A stretch of DNA of 20,000 bases from an uncultured virus (IMG/VR IMGVR_UViG_3300031759_000013) (IMGVR_UViG_3300031759_000013); one strand, 5' to 3'. Positions 8,739 to 15,537 are shown, numbered from the stretch's first letter. Notes: a model not told the origin generated them from the letters alone. A program made the numbers and translations.

Positions 8739-8879
8739 ATGTTTGAGAATTGGAAAGAGTTTTGGGAATGTTACAAGTTTTTAATGCAATATTTTGCTGT
8801 AATAGCCCTTAGCATGTTTACTATATTTTTTATTGGTATTAGTATTGTTTTCTTAGTTAAGTTTATAGGAGGTCTTTAA
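8739..8879 (+). CDS. Small membrane protein (46 aa, MFENWKEFWECYKF...FIGGL)
   Basis: Read manually; GGAGG RBS; one transmembrane-like stretch. Confidence 0.6.
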   Translation: MFENWKEFWECYKFLMQYFAVIALSMFTIFFIGISIVFLVKFIGGL

Positions 8880-8880
8880 A

Positions 8881-9165
8881 ATGAGCTTATACGGAAATAG
8901 AAATTATTATGTACCTGAGGAAGAAGAATACACCGACATTGAGATGTTAGAGAATGAAATAGCTTTATATACTCAAAACCTAATGATGAGCACCTGTAAC
9001 CCTGCTACGCACTGGGGTGAAGGTCTAGCAGAGTGCGGTTACGATGAATCAGACTATCCTACACCCTCGCACGCACCTGTAGATATTGTCCAGCGTGTAC
9101 ATGCTTACTGGTACAATACAGCTTTATTTCTTGCACAACGCTACTATGAGGCTAACCCAATATGA
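8881..9165 (+). CDS. Early hypothetical protein (94 aa)
   Basis: GGAGG RBS; ORF track. Confidence 0.7.
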   Translation: MSLYGNRNYYVPEEEEYTDIEMLENEIALYTQNLMMSTCNPATHWGEGLAECGYDESDYPTPSHAPVDIVQRVHAYWYNTALFLAQRYYEANPI

Positions 9166-9326
9166 ATAACTTACAAGAGATGAGCAGCGAGGAAGCTCGT
9201 TACGCATGGGAAGAGGCAGAATATCACTTCGACCTCGCAGATATTGTTAAGCAAATGAAAGTAAGGGGCGAAGGTGTAGTTATCCTTGATATATTAAATA
9301 TGTTTAAACAATCGGAGCAAGTATAA
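9162..9326 (+). CDS. Early hypothetical protein (54 aa, MNNLQEMSSEEARY...SEQV)
   Basis: Read manually; ATGA and TAATG overlaps with both neighbours. Confidence 0.6.
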   Translation: MNNLQEMSSEEARYAWEEAEYHFDLADIVKQMKVRGEGVVILDILNMFKQSEQV

Positions 9327-9667
9327 TGATTACTGAAAACCTCATACGCAAGGCACGTGCCTACGCATTGAATGATGACTACGTCGTGACAGCTAACCTC
9401 ATTAACCAGCTATGCGATGCCCTAGAAGTCCAAGAAGATAACAGAGCATCGTTATTGTCCTATATGATGGATAATAAAGAAAACTTTAAACACGCTGAGA
9501 TGTATCGTCATCTACGAAATAGTGCCTGCCACGCACCTCATGACGCTATGGCTCCCGCAGTTGTGCTATGTAATGGTAATATGTCATCTTTTGAATGGCT
9601 TGATGGCGATATGCTAGATAAAGCCATTGAGGAAGACATGAAAAAAGACTACTATTGCGGAGCTTGA
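9326..9667 (+). CDS. Early hypothetical protein (113 aa)
   Basis: ORF track; GGAG RBS. Confidence 0.7.
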   Translation: MITENLIRKARAYALNDDYVVTANLINQLCDALEVQEDNRASLLSYMMDNKENFKHAEMYRHLRNSACHAPHDAMAPAVVLCNGNMSSFEWLDGDMLDKAIEEDMKKDYYCGA

Positions 9668-9668
9668 T

Positions 9669-9821
9669 ATGTTGAGCAAATACTGGGTTAGTGATGAGGA
9701 TGGTTTTGTGCTGCGTTGGTTCTATACTAAAGCTGAGGCCCTCGCCTATGTAGGTACTAACGCATGGACAATCGAGCTTCGCAAGGCTCCTAAGTTTATA
9801 TTTGAGGATGCACTATTTTAA
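9669..9821 (+). CDS. Early hypothetical protein (50 aa, MLSKYWVSDEDG...FEDALF)
   Basis: Read manually; GGAG RBS. Confidence 0.6.
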   Translation: MLSKYWVSDEDGFVLRWFYTKAEALAYVGTNAWTIELRKAPKFIFEDALF

Positions 9822-9836
9822 AAGGTTATAAAAGAA

Positions 9837-10004
9837 ATGAGCGCAAACACTACATATTACGCAAGGATACCTAAACTGGTATGGGAATGGATTGAAGTAG
9901 ATGCTTTAGTAGGTGCTGATGTATGGGAAAAATATCCTACAGCTTCTGATGTTTTGCATTGGACTGAGTATGAAGAAATGGAAAGAAAGGCACAAGAAAA
10001 ATGA
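9837..10004 (+). CDS. Hypothetical protein (55 aa) ending ERKAQEK; carries an outlying copy of the cassette junction
   Basis: Read manually; ends in AAAGAAAGGCACAAGAAAAATGA (9982-10004). Confidence 0.65.
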   Translation: MSANTTYYARIPKLVWEWIEVDALVGADVWEKYPTASDVLHWTEYEEMERKAQEK

Positions 10005-10120
10005 GCTTTACTATTTATCAGCAAGATGGCTTAAAGGTGATACAATGGTTCTCATCTGTTGATGAGTTAGTGAAAAGTATGCTTACGCATCCGCATGACG
10101 CATACCATAGGAATGTATAA
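10001..10120 (+). CDS. Hypothetical protein (39 aa, MSFTIYQQDGLKVIQWF...HRNV)
   Basis: Read manually; start lies inside the junction repeat; TAATG overlap with the next ORF. Confidence 0.55.
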   Translation: MSFTIYQQDGLKVIQWFSSVDELVKSMLTHPHDAYHRNV

Positions 10121-10218
10121 TGGACAAGGAAGAAATGCTTTTAATTATCTTTGCGGTTACATCGTGCATTGATACCGTGATTAGTTTGCTTCGTTACTGT
10201 AAAGGGATGGGAGAATAA
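10120..10218 (+). CDS. Small hydrophobic peptide (32 aa)
   Basis: Read manually; MDKEEMLLIIFAVTSCIDTVISLLRYCKGMGE; tiling. Confidence 0.45.
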   Translation: MDKEEMLLIIFAVTSCIDTVISLLRYCKGMGE

Positions 10219-10219
10219 A

Positions 10220-10348
10220 ATGACATATCAAGAAATAGGAAAAGCATTAGGCATCTCGCACGTGATGGTAATTTACATAGAGAGAAAAGCCTTGATGAAG
10301 GTTCGCAAGCGTTTAATGGCTTTAGGGTATGATAGAGATTGTATTTAA
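10220..10348 (+). CDS. Sigma70 region-4-like HTH mini-protein A (42 aa)
   Basis: MTYQEIGKALGISHVMVIYIERKALMKVRKRL resembles sigma region 4.2 (T..E.G..F..T.E.IRQIE.KAL.KLR); GGGAG RBS. Confidence 0.65.
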   Translation: MTYQEIGKALGISHVMVIYIERKALMKVRKRLMALGYDRDCI

Positions 10349-10349
10349 G

Positions 10350-10496
10350 ATGACTAAGATTTATACTTACCAAGAAATAGCAGAAGAAATAGGTGTTACG
10401 CACCAGGCAGTATGGGAGATTGAGAAAAGAGCTTTAATGAAGTTAAGAAAGATTTTTATTAACAGAGGTATATTAAGAGAACATTATTATGACTGA
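10350..10496 (+). CDS. Sigma70 region-4-like HTH mini-protein B (48 aa)
   Basis: MTKIYTYQEIAEEIGVTHQAVWEIEKRALMKLRKIF; clear paralogue of the preceding ORF. Confidence 0.7.
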   Translation: MTKIYTYQEIAEEIGVTHQAVWEIEKRALMKLRKIFINRGILREHYYD

Positions 10497-10680
10497 TGCA
10501 GAATTGACAGCATTATTAAATCGTGGTGGAATTGCTCCAGCATTATATGAAGGTGAAGTAGGAGAAACTAACCTCCCTACATGGCGTAAACTAGCTAAGG
10601 AATTTAGAAACTATTATGAAGTATATTATAACACACAATCTGATTCACGAGACTCTTTCCTTAACCAAGATAATGCCTGA
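10489..10680 (+). CDS. Hypothetical protein (63 aa)
   Basis: ORF track; overlaps neighbours by 8 nt. Confidence 0.55.
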   Translation: MTDAELTALLNRGGIAPALYEGEVGETNLPTWRKLAKEFRNYYEVYYNTQSDSRDSFLNQDNA

Positions 10681-10798
10681 AGATAATCGTGCAAGCACTT
10701 ACGCACCTGAAGAAATGGACTGCGAGCACGTAGTTTGGGATTGTGATAACATTTCAGGAGAAGCTCTAGGAGGCTTTCAAGATGAAGATGAAGGATAG
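10673..10798 (+). CDS. Small acidic protein (41 aa, MPEDNRAS...QDEDEG)
   Basis: Internal ATG of the 10616..10798 ORF fits the tiling better. Confidence 0.45.
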   Translation: MPEDNRASTYAPEEMDCEHVVWDCDNISGEALGGFQDEDEG

Positions 10799-10867
10799 GT
10801 ATCAAATGACTAAGAAAACAGCTAAAAAGCACCTTAAATCGCCTATAAAAGGCAACGGAGACACCAG

Positions 10868-11083
10868 ATGAGATGCTATTGCTGCAATGTGTTATTAACT
10901 CCATACGAAAGTACGATTAAGTCAGTTAATACTAATGATTATCTAGATATGTGTTTAAAATGTTTAAAAACAGTAAAAACAGATATTAATTATAAAGATA
11001 GAATTGATTTACTAAGTAGTAATGATGTAGATGATTTAGATTTATATCTAGATAATGATTATGATAATCTAGATGAATACTAA
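10868..11083 (+). CDS. Small Cys-rich (probable zinc-binding) protein with an acidic tail
   Basis: CYCC...CLKC and Asp-rich C-terminus; GGAG RBS. Confidence 0.7.
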   Translation: MRCYCCNVLLTPYESTIKSVNTNDYLDMCLKCLKTVKTDINYKDRIDLLSSNDVDDLDLYLDNDYDNLDEY

Positions 11084-11166
11084 GTAGTATGTAGTACTAA
11101 ATAGTAAATAATATTAATATTGTTTTTAAAAACTAAATTAACTAAGTAGTATGTAGTACTAAATAG
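11079..11166. repeat. Exact 26-bp direct repeat around a 36-bp AT-rich spacer (candidate replication origin or operator)
   Basis: ACTAAGTAGTATGTAGTACTAAATAG at 11079-11104 and 11141-11166. Confidence 0.8.
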
Positions 11167-11174
11167 AGAAAATT

Positions 11175-11744
11175 ATGTCTAAAATTAAAATACTTGTAGC
11201 GTGTGAATATAGTGGTAGAGTTAGAGATGCTTTTATTAAAAGAGGCTTTGATGCTATTTCATGCGACTTACTTCCTACTGATGTCCCTGGGCCTCATTAT
11301 CAAGGAGATGTATTTGATATTATTGATAATGGTTTTTCTTTGATGGTTGCTCACCCACCTTGCACGCACTTAGCAGTTTCTGGTTCAAGATGGTTTAAAG
11401 ACAAGGTGGTAGAACAGGCAGAGGCTTTAGATTTTGTTCGTAAACTACTTGATGCAAATATTAAACATATTGCTTTAGAAAATCCTATTAGCGTGATTTC
11501 TAGTAAAATTAGAAAACCTGACCAGATAATACAGCCTTGGCAGTTCGGGCATGGAGAAACTAAAGCAACTTGTCTATGGCTTAAAAACTTACCTAAACTT
11601 GTTCCTACTAATATTGTTGAAGGCAGAGAAGCTAAAGTGCACAAAATGCCTCCTAGCCCTGATAGATGGAAACTACGCAGCACTACTTACCAAGGAATCG
11701 CTGATGCGATAGCACAACAATGGGGAGATTATTTAAGTGTCTAA
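11175..11744 (+). CDS. Compact DNA (cytosine-5)-methyltransferase-like protein
   Basis: Rossmann-like start ILVACEYSG, SCDL, GDV, catalytic-type HPPC and ENP motifs. Confidence 0.7.
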   Translation: MSKIKILVACEYSGRVRDAFIKRGFDAISCDLLPTDVPGPHYQGDVFDIIDNGFSLMVAHPPCTHLAVSGSRWFKDKVVEQAEALDFVRKLLDANIKHIALENPISVISSKIRKPDQIIQPWQFGHGETKATCLWLKNLPKLVPTNIVEGREAKVHKMPPSPDRWKLRSTTYQGIADAIAQQWGDYLSV

Positions 11745-13314
11745 TTTCCTTAAGCACATTCCATGTCTTAAATGCGGTAGCTCCGATGGGAATTCATTGT
11801 ATGATGACCATCACGAATATTGTCATGTGTGTGGTAATCACATTAAAGGCGATGGAACAGAAAGTTATGTTGCACCTACAAGGAAGAAGAATATGTTAGA
11901 AGTTAAAGGCAGTATTATGTCGATTAGCGACAGAGGCATCACACGAGATACTTGCCAATATTACGGAGTAACTCAAGATGGGACTTCACAGTTCTATCCC
12001 TACGCAGATGCAGAAGGTATTATTGTAGCTACCAAGAATCGTAATGTTGAGCATAAGACTTTTGGTATCTCTGGAGAGTGGAAACATACGACTTTATTCG
12101 GTCAGCAGTTATTTCCTAAAGGCGGTAAGACTGTCACTATCCATGAAGGTGAGCTAGATGCCCTAGCAGGGTTCCAGATGAGTGGTAGCAAGTACGCTAA
12201 TGTCTCAGTACGTAACGGAGCACAAGCAGCTCTAAAGGACGTTAAAGCCTCTTATGAGTGGTTATCTTCCTTTGAGAATATCTATATCTGCTTTGATGCT
12301 GATGAGCCTGGACAGAAGGCAGCGAATGAAGTAGCAGAGATTCTAGGTAGCAAGTGTAAGATTGTGAAGCACGTAGCAGGTTTTAAAGATGCTTGTGATT
12401 ATCTTGCAGTAGGTAAAGGAGCTGATTATGTTAAGCAATGGTGGGCAGCAGAGCAATGGACACCGGATGGAATTATCGCAGGTTCTTCGTTATGGGAAGA
12501 AGTTAATAGACCTGTGGAGAAATCGTCAGCCCTCTATCCTTGGGCAGGAGTCAACGAGCTTACCTATGGAATCCGTCCAGCAGAGCTTATCACAGTCTGT
12601 GCAGGTTCAGGACTAGGTAAGTCTCAATTCTTGCGTGAGATTCTCTGGCACTTGATACAGACTACAGACTCTAACATTGGCTTAATGTTTATGGAAGAAT
12701 CTGTACGTAAGACAGCGAGAAGTATTATGTCTTTACACTTGAACAAACCTTTACATTTACCTGACACTTTAGTAAGTAATGAAGAACTCAAGCAGTCCTT
12801 TGATGCTACGATGGGTACAGATAGATTGTATTTATGGGATAACTTTGGTTCTACGGATATTGACAACGTGATGAATCGTATTCGATACTTCGCTAAAGCA
12901 GCAGATTGCAAGTATATCTTTTTAGACCATATTTCAATGATTATTTCTGCACAATCTAACGGTGATGAGCGCAAGGCTATTGATGAGTTAATGACGAAGT
13001 TGCGTATGTTAGTTCAAGAAACTGGAGTGTGTCTTATTGCTGTGTCACATCTGAAGAGGCCAGATAGTAAGGGACATGAGGAAGGGGCTGCGACATCATT
13101 GTCTCAGTTGCGTGGTTCTGCTTCTATCGCCCAACTTAGTGACATTGTTATTGGATTGGTTCGTAATGCTCAAGCTGAAGACCCTATTGAACGCAACACT
13201 ACCAGGGTTTCCATTTTAAAAAATAGATTTTCAGGATTAACTTCACCCCATTGTGCTTCGTTGTTATACAATAAAGACTCTGGACGAATGCTTGAAATGG
13301 AGGATGTATTATGA
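11737..13314 (+). CDS. T7 gp4-type primase-helicase
   Basis: Zn ribbon CLKC..CHVC, TOPRIM EGELDA and DAD, Walker A AGSGLGKS, DHIS, SHLKR, LRGSASIAQLSD, KNR; GTG start. Confidence 0.93.
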   Translation: MSNFLKHIPCLKCGSSDGNSLYDDHHEYCHVCGNHIKGDGTESYVAPTRKKNMLEVKGSIMSISDRGITRDTCQYYGVTQDGTSQFYPYADAEGIIVATKNRNVEHKTFGISGEWKHTTLFGQQLFPKGGKTVTIHEGELDALAGFQMSGSKYANVSVRNGAQAALKDVKASYEWLSSFENIYICFDADEPGQKAANEVAEILGSKCKIVKHVAGFKDACDYLAVGKGADYVKQWWAAEQWTPDGIIAGSSLWEEVNRPVEKSSALYPWAGVNELTYGIRPAELITVCAGSGLGKSQFLREILWHLIQTTDSNIGLMFMEESVRKTARSIMSLHLNKPLHLPDTLVSNEELKQSFDATMGTDRLYLWDNFGSTDIDNVMNRIRYFAKAADCKYIFLDHISMIISAQSNGDERKAIDELMTKLRMLVQETGVCLIAVSHLKRPDSKGHEEGAATSLSQLRGSASIAQLSDIVIGLVRNAQAEDPIERNTTRVSILKNRFSGLTSPHCASLLYNKDSGRMLEMEDVL

Positions 13315-13523
13315 GTGAGAAATTAGTATTAGAAGTTTTTGAGCGTGGTAAAGCGTTTGGGTATGCTGAAGGACTTAAAACCAATAAAGTAAAAACACTA
13401 ACAGATGCAGAAATTGCACAAGTATTTCAAGATGACAATTTATGGCGTTATAGTGATTTGGTGTTAGAAAGTGATGGAATTCAGTTTGCTAGAGCAATAC
13501 TAAGAAAGGCACAAGAGAAATGA
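13311..13523 (+). CDS. Cassette protein 1 (70 aa), ends FARAILRKAQEK
   Basis: GGAGG RBS; ATGA overlap with helicase gene; ends in the junction repeat. Confidence 0.75.
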   Translation: MSEKLVLEVFERGKAFGYAEGLKTNKVKTLTDAEIAQVFQDDNLWRYSDLVLESDGIQFARAILRKAQEK

Positions 13524-13762
13524 ACTATCAATCTCCATTTACCCGTTGGTGGGATGCAAACATAACTCAGATGGCGGTCAGTCCTGAGATTAGAAAGCTG
13601 ATTGCTATGGCATTTGAGGGCGGTCAATTATCCACAAAACCTCGTGAGTTAAGTGATGATGAGATATGTGATATTTGGCTTGATGTATTTTCAAATAATT
13701 CCACCGCAGAAAGACAGTTAGTTTTTGCTAGAGCAATACTAAAGAAAGCACAAGAGAAATGA
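13520..13762 (+). CDS. Cassette protein 2 (80 aa), ends FARAILKKAQEK
   Basis: Starts and ends inside junction repeats. Confidence 0.75.
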   Translation: MNYQSPFTRWWDANITQMAVSPEIRKLIAMAFEGGQLSTKPRELSDDEICDIWLDVFSNNSTAERQLVFARAILKKAQEK

Positions 13763-13847
13763 TTAGCAAAGCAAGTGTAGTGCTTGGAGTGAGACAACTC
13801 GCTCGATTGCTAACGGTATTGGTTGGCTACCGTCTGCACAGTCAACC
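13763..13847 (+). ncRNA. Candidate structured non-coding RNA cassette (three-way junction, hairpin, two pseudoknots)
   Basis: Six complementary segment pairs cover almost all bases; the three non-Watson-Crick pairs are all G-U on the plus strand; bounded by junction repeats. Confidence 0.5.
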
Positions 13848-13873
13848 CCTAATTTAAGAAAGGCACAAGAGAA

Positions 13874-14251
13874 ATGACTACTAAAATGCTATATCGTGAT
13901 TTAGAAATCCTTGACTTACTTAAACTACGTTTTATCCGAGACCCTGATAATAAAGATGTTTATGTAGGAAGAACAACGGACGAAGAGCTAGATAAGTACG
14001 AAGAAATACTAAGAAATACTAAGAAAGGCACAAGAGAAATGAACGCAAATGAACTAGCTCAACAATTAAGTCAGATGGATACGCTTCAAGATGGTATGTC
14101 TAAATTTGAATACTCAATAATTCAAAAATCTGAAGCCATGCTACGCCAGCAACAAGCTGAAATAGAGGCGTTGAAAGCAAAGCATGACGCAATATCATGT
14201 TCAAGCTGTGCATGTGGCTTTATTAAAAGAGGAAAGGCTAATGAAAAATGA
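13874..14251 (+). CDS. Fused cassette protein (two units joined at 14039, MNANE module)
   Basis: Contains an internal junction repeat read in a shifted frame because of the AAGAAATACT tandem duplication at 14001-14020. Confidence 0.7.
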   Translation: MTTKMLYRDLEILDLLKLRFIRDPDNKDVYVGRTTDEELDKYEEILRNTKKGTREMNANELAQQLSQMDTLQDGMSKFEYSIIQKSEAMLRQQQAEIEALKAKHDAISCSSCACGFIKRGKANEK

Positions 14252-14454
14252 AATATTGGAAACCTTTAACACCTTTGCGTTATGTAATGCGTGGTGAAAT
14301 GCCGATTCTTCAGCAAGCATGGGGATTATATGTGCCAATTCCTGATGCACCTTACGAATCGCAAATAGATTATATGTGGCGTGATATTCCAACTTTGCCT
14401 GAAAACAAAGGCAATGGTTTGGATTGGATTATTGAAGAACCATTATCAGTTTAA
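14248..14454 (+). CDS. Cassette protein (68 aa, ILQQAW...WRDIP)
   Basis: Start lies in a variant junction; the stop is the TAA of the next junction. Confidence 0.7.
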   Translation: MKYWKPLTPLRYVMRGEMPILQQAWGLYVPIPDAPYESQIDYMWRDIPTLPENKGNGLDWIIEEPLSV

Positions 14455-14470
14455 GAAAGGCACAAGAGAA

Positions 14471-14746
14471 ATGAACGCAAATGAATTGATTGATGAACTG
14501 TGGGTTTGTTTAGAATCTCCAATTATTAGTGATTCAGATACTAGAGATTTAGTTATGAATGCAGCCACTATGCTACGCCAGCAACAAGCTGAAATAGAAA
14601 CATTACAAACAAGAATCGTGGATAGGGAAAATGAATATTCACAAATAGCCATTCAAAATGAAACTAATAAAGCGTTGTTAGATGATGCTAATGCTGAAAT
14701 AGAGGCGTTAAAAGAACAATTGAGGTTTAGCTATGACGGACAATGA
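14471..14746 (+). CDS. Cassette protein (91 aa, MNANE...MLRQQQAEIE coiled coil)
   Basis: ATG of the junction at 14471; shares modules with the 14039 and 15315 units. Confidence 0.7.
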   Translation: MNANELIDELWVCLESPIISDSDTRDLVMNAATMLRQQQAEIETLQTRIVDRENEYSQIAIQNETNKALLDDANAEIEALKEQLRFSYDGQ

Positions 14747-14945
14747 ACCAGTAGCGTGGATGGATAAAGATGGAAATATTTTTTATACAGATGGAATGGC
14801 TCATACACTTCCACTCTATACCCATCCAGCAAAGACGCTAAACAAAGAAGAAATACTGAAATTAGCTGAAGAATTTGATATATGGCTTGGCTATGATGAG
14901 ATTAAATTTATTCAGTTTGTGTTAAGAAAGGCTAATGAGAAATGA
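14733..14945 (+). CDS. Cassette protein (70 aa, EPVAW...PLYTHP...LRKANEK)
   Basis: GAGG RBS; ends in a variant junction. Confidence 0.75.
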   Translation: MTDNEPVAWMDKDGNIFYTDGMAHTLPLYTHPAKTLNKEEILKLAEEFDIWLGYDEIKFIQFVLRKANEK

Positions 14946-15034
14946 ACACAAAAGACTTCGTAATATCTTGGGTGATGATTTATATAGCTGGCGGTATTGC
15001 TCTTTATTTAATACTTTCAGCAAGCCATTGTTAA
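14942..15034 (+). CDS. Cassette membrane peptide (30 aa, MNTKDFVISWVMIYIAGGIALYLILSASHC)
   Basis: Read manually; start and stop both supplied by junction repeats; one hydrophobic helix. Confidence 0.55.
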   Translation: MNTKDFVISWVMIYIAGGIALYLILSASHC

Positions 15035-15050
15035 GAAAGGCACAAGATAA

Positions 15051-15536
15051 ATGAGCTACCACGGAAAACTGCAAACATTAAAAAACGGTACAGCAGATTC
15101 GGAAATTCAACTATGGGCTTATCAGCAAATAGAAACAATAGAATATTTGTACAAAACGCACGACAAAGATAAAGCACAGTTAGTTGCAGCAGAACAGCTT
15201 TATTTAGATTCCTTTGAGCGTGGAAAGCAAATAGGTTATGCAGAAGGAATGATGAACAGGTCAATTAGTGTTCAAAATAATGAGCAGTTCATGTTCCGTG
15301 AACAAGGTAAAGAAATGAACGCAAATGAAATAGACCCTAAATATGTTGCTGATTTAGAAAAAATAATTGTCAAACAACAAGCTGAAATAGAGGCGTTGAA
15401 AGCTGACAAATTATTACATGATGAAGCGTATTTAAGCCAGATGAAAGAAATAGAGGCGTTGAAAGACGAGGCTGCAGGGTGGGAGATGTCTTACGAAAAC
15501 TGCCATAGAACATGCAGTGGATATGGGATGAATTAA
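15051..15536 (+). CDS. Cassette protein (161 aa), apparent fusion with an internal MNANE unit at 15315
   Basis: Start in a junction; contains FERGK..GYAEG, MNANE and two EIEALK modules. Confidence 0.7.
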   Translation: MSYHGKLQTLKNGTADSEIQLWAYQQIETIEYLYKTHDKDKAQLVAAEQLYLDSFERGKQIGYAEGMMNRSISVQNNEQFMFREQGKEMNANEIDPKYVADLEKIIVKQQAEIEALKADKLLHDEAYLSQMKEIEALKDEAAGWEMSYENCHRTCSGYGMN

Positions 15537-15537
15537 A

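Larger units (their letters stand above)
13501..15054 (+). repeat. Dispersed 23-bp cassette junction repeat, consensus TAAGAAAGGCACAAGAGAAATGA
   Basis: Copies at 13501, 13740 (variant), 13855, 14020, 14229 (variant), 14452, 14923 (variant) and 15032 (1 mismatch); outlier at 9982. Confidence 0.92.

Noticed and set aside
11079..11166. Mini-CRISPR (26-bp repeat, 36-bp spacer)
   Set aside because: Sizes fit, but there are only two full repeats, the spacer is low-complexity AT palindrome, and there is no cas context; origin or operator is more likely.
13763..13847. tRNA or known small ribozyme identity for the structured cassette
   Set aside because: No T-loop GTTC or CCA cloverleaf and no hammerhead CTGANGA/GAAA core; left unclassified.
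14381..14470. Upstream extension of ORF 14381..14746
   Set aside because: It overlaps the 14248..14454 gene and merely reads through the junction; the ATG at 14471 matches the other MNANE starts.
13501..15054. CRISPR array interpretation of the 23-bp repeats
   Set aside because: Intervening units are about 90-450 bp, unequal and mostly protein-coding; the repeat is not palindromic; no cas genes in the window.
13311..15536. Diversity-generating retroelement or classical integron
   Set aside because: No reverse transcriptase or tyrosine integrase in the window, no long template/variable pair differing only at adenines, and no attC-like inverted repeats.
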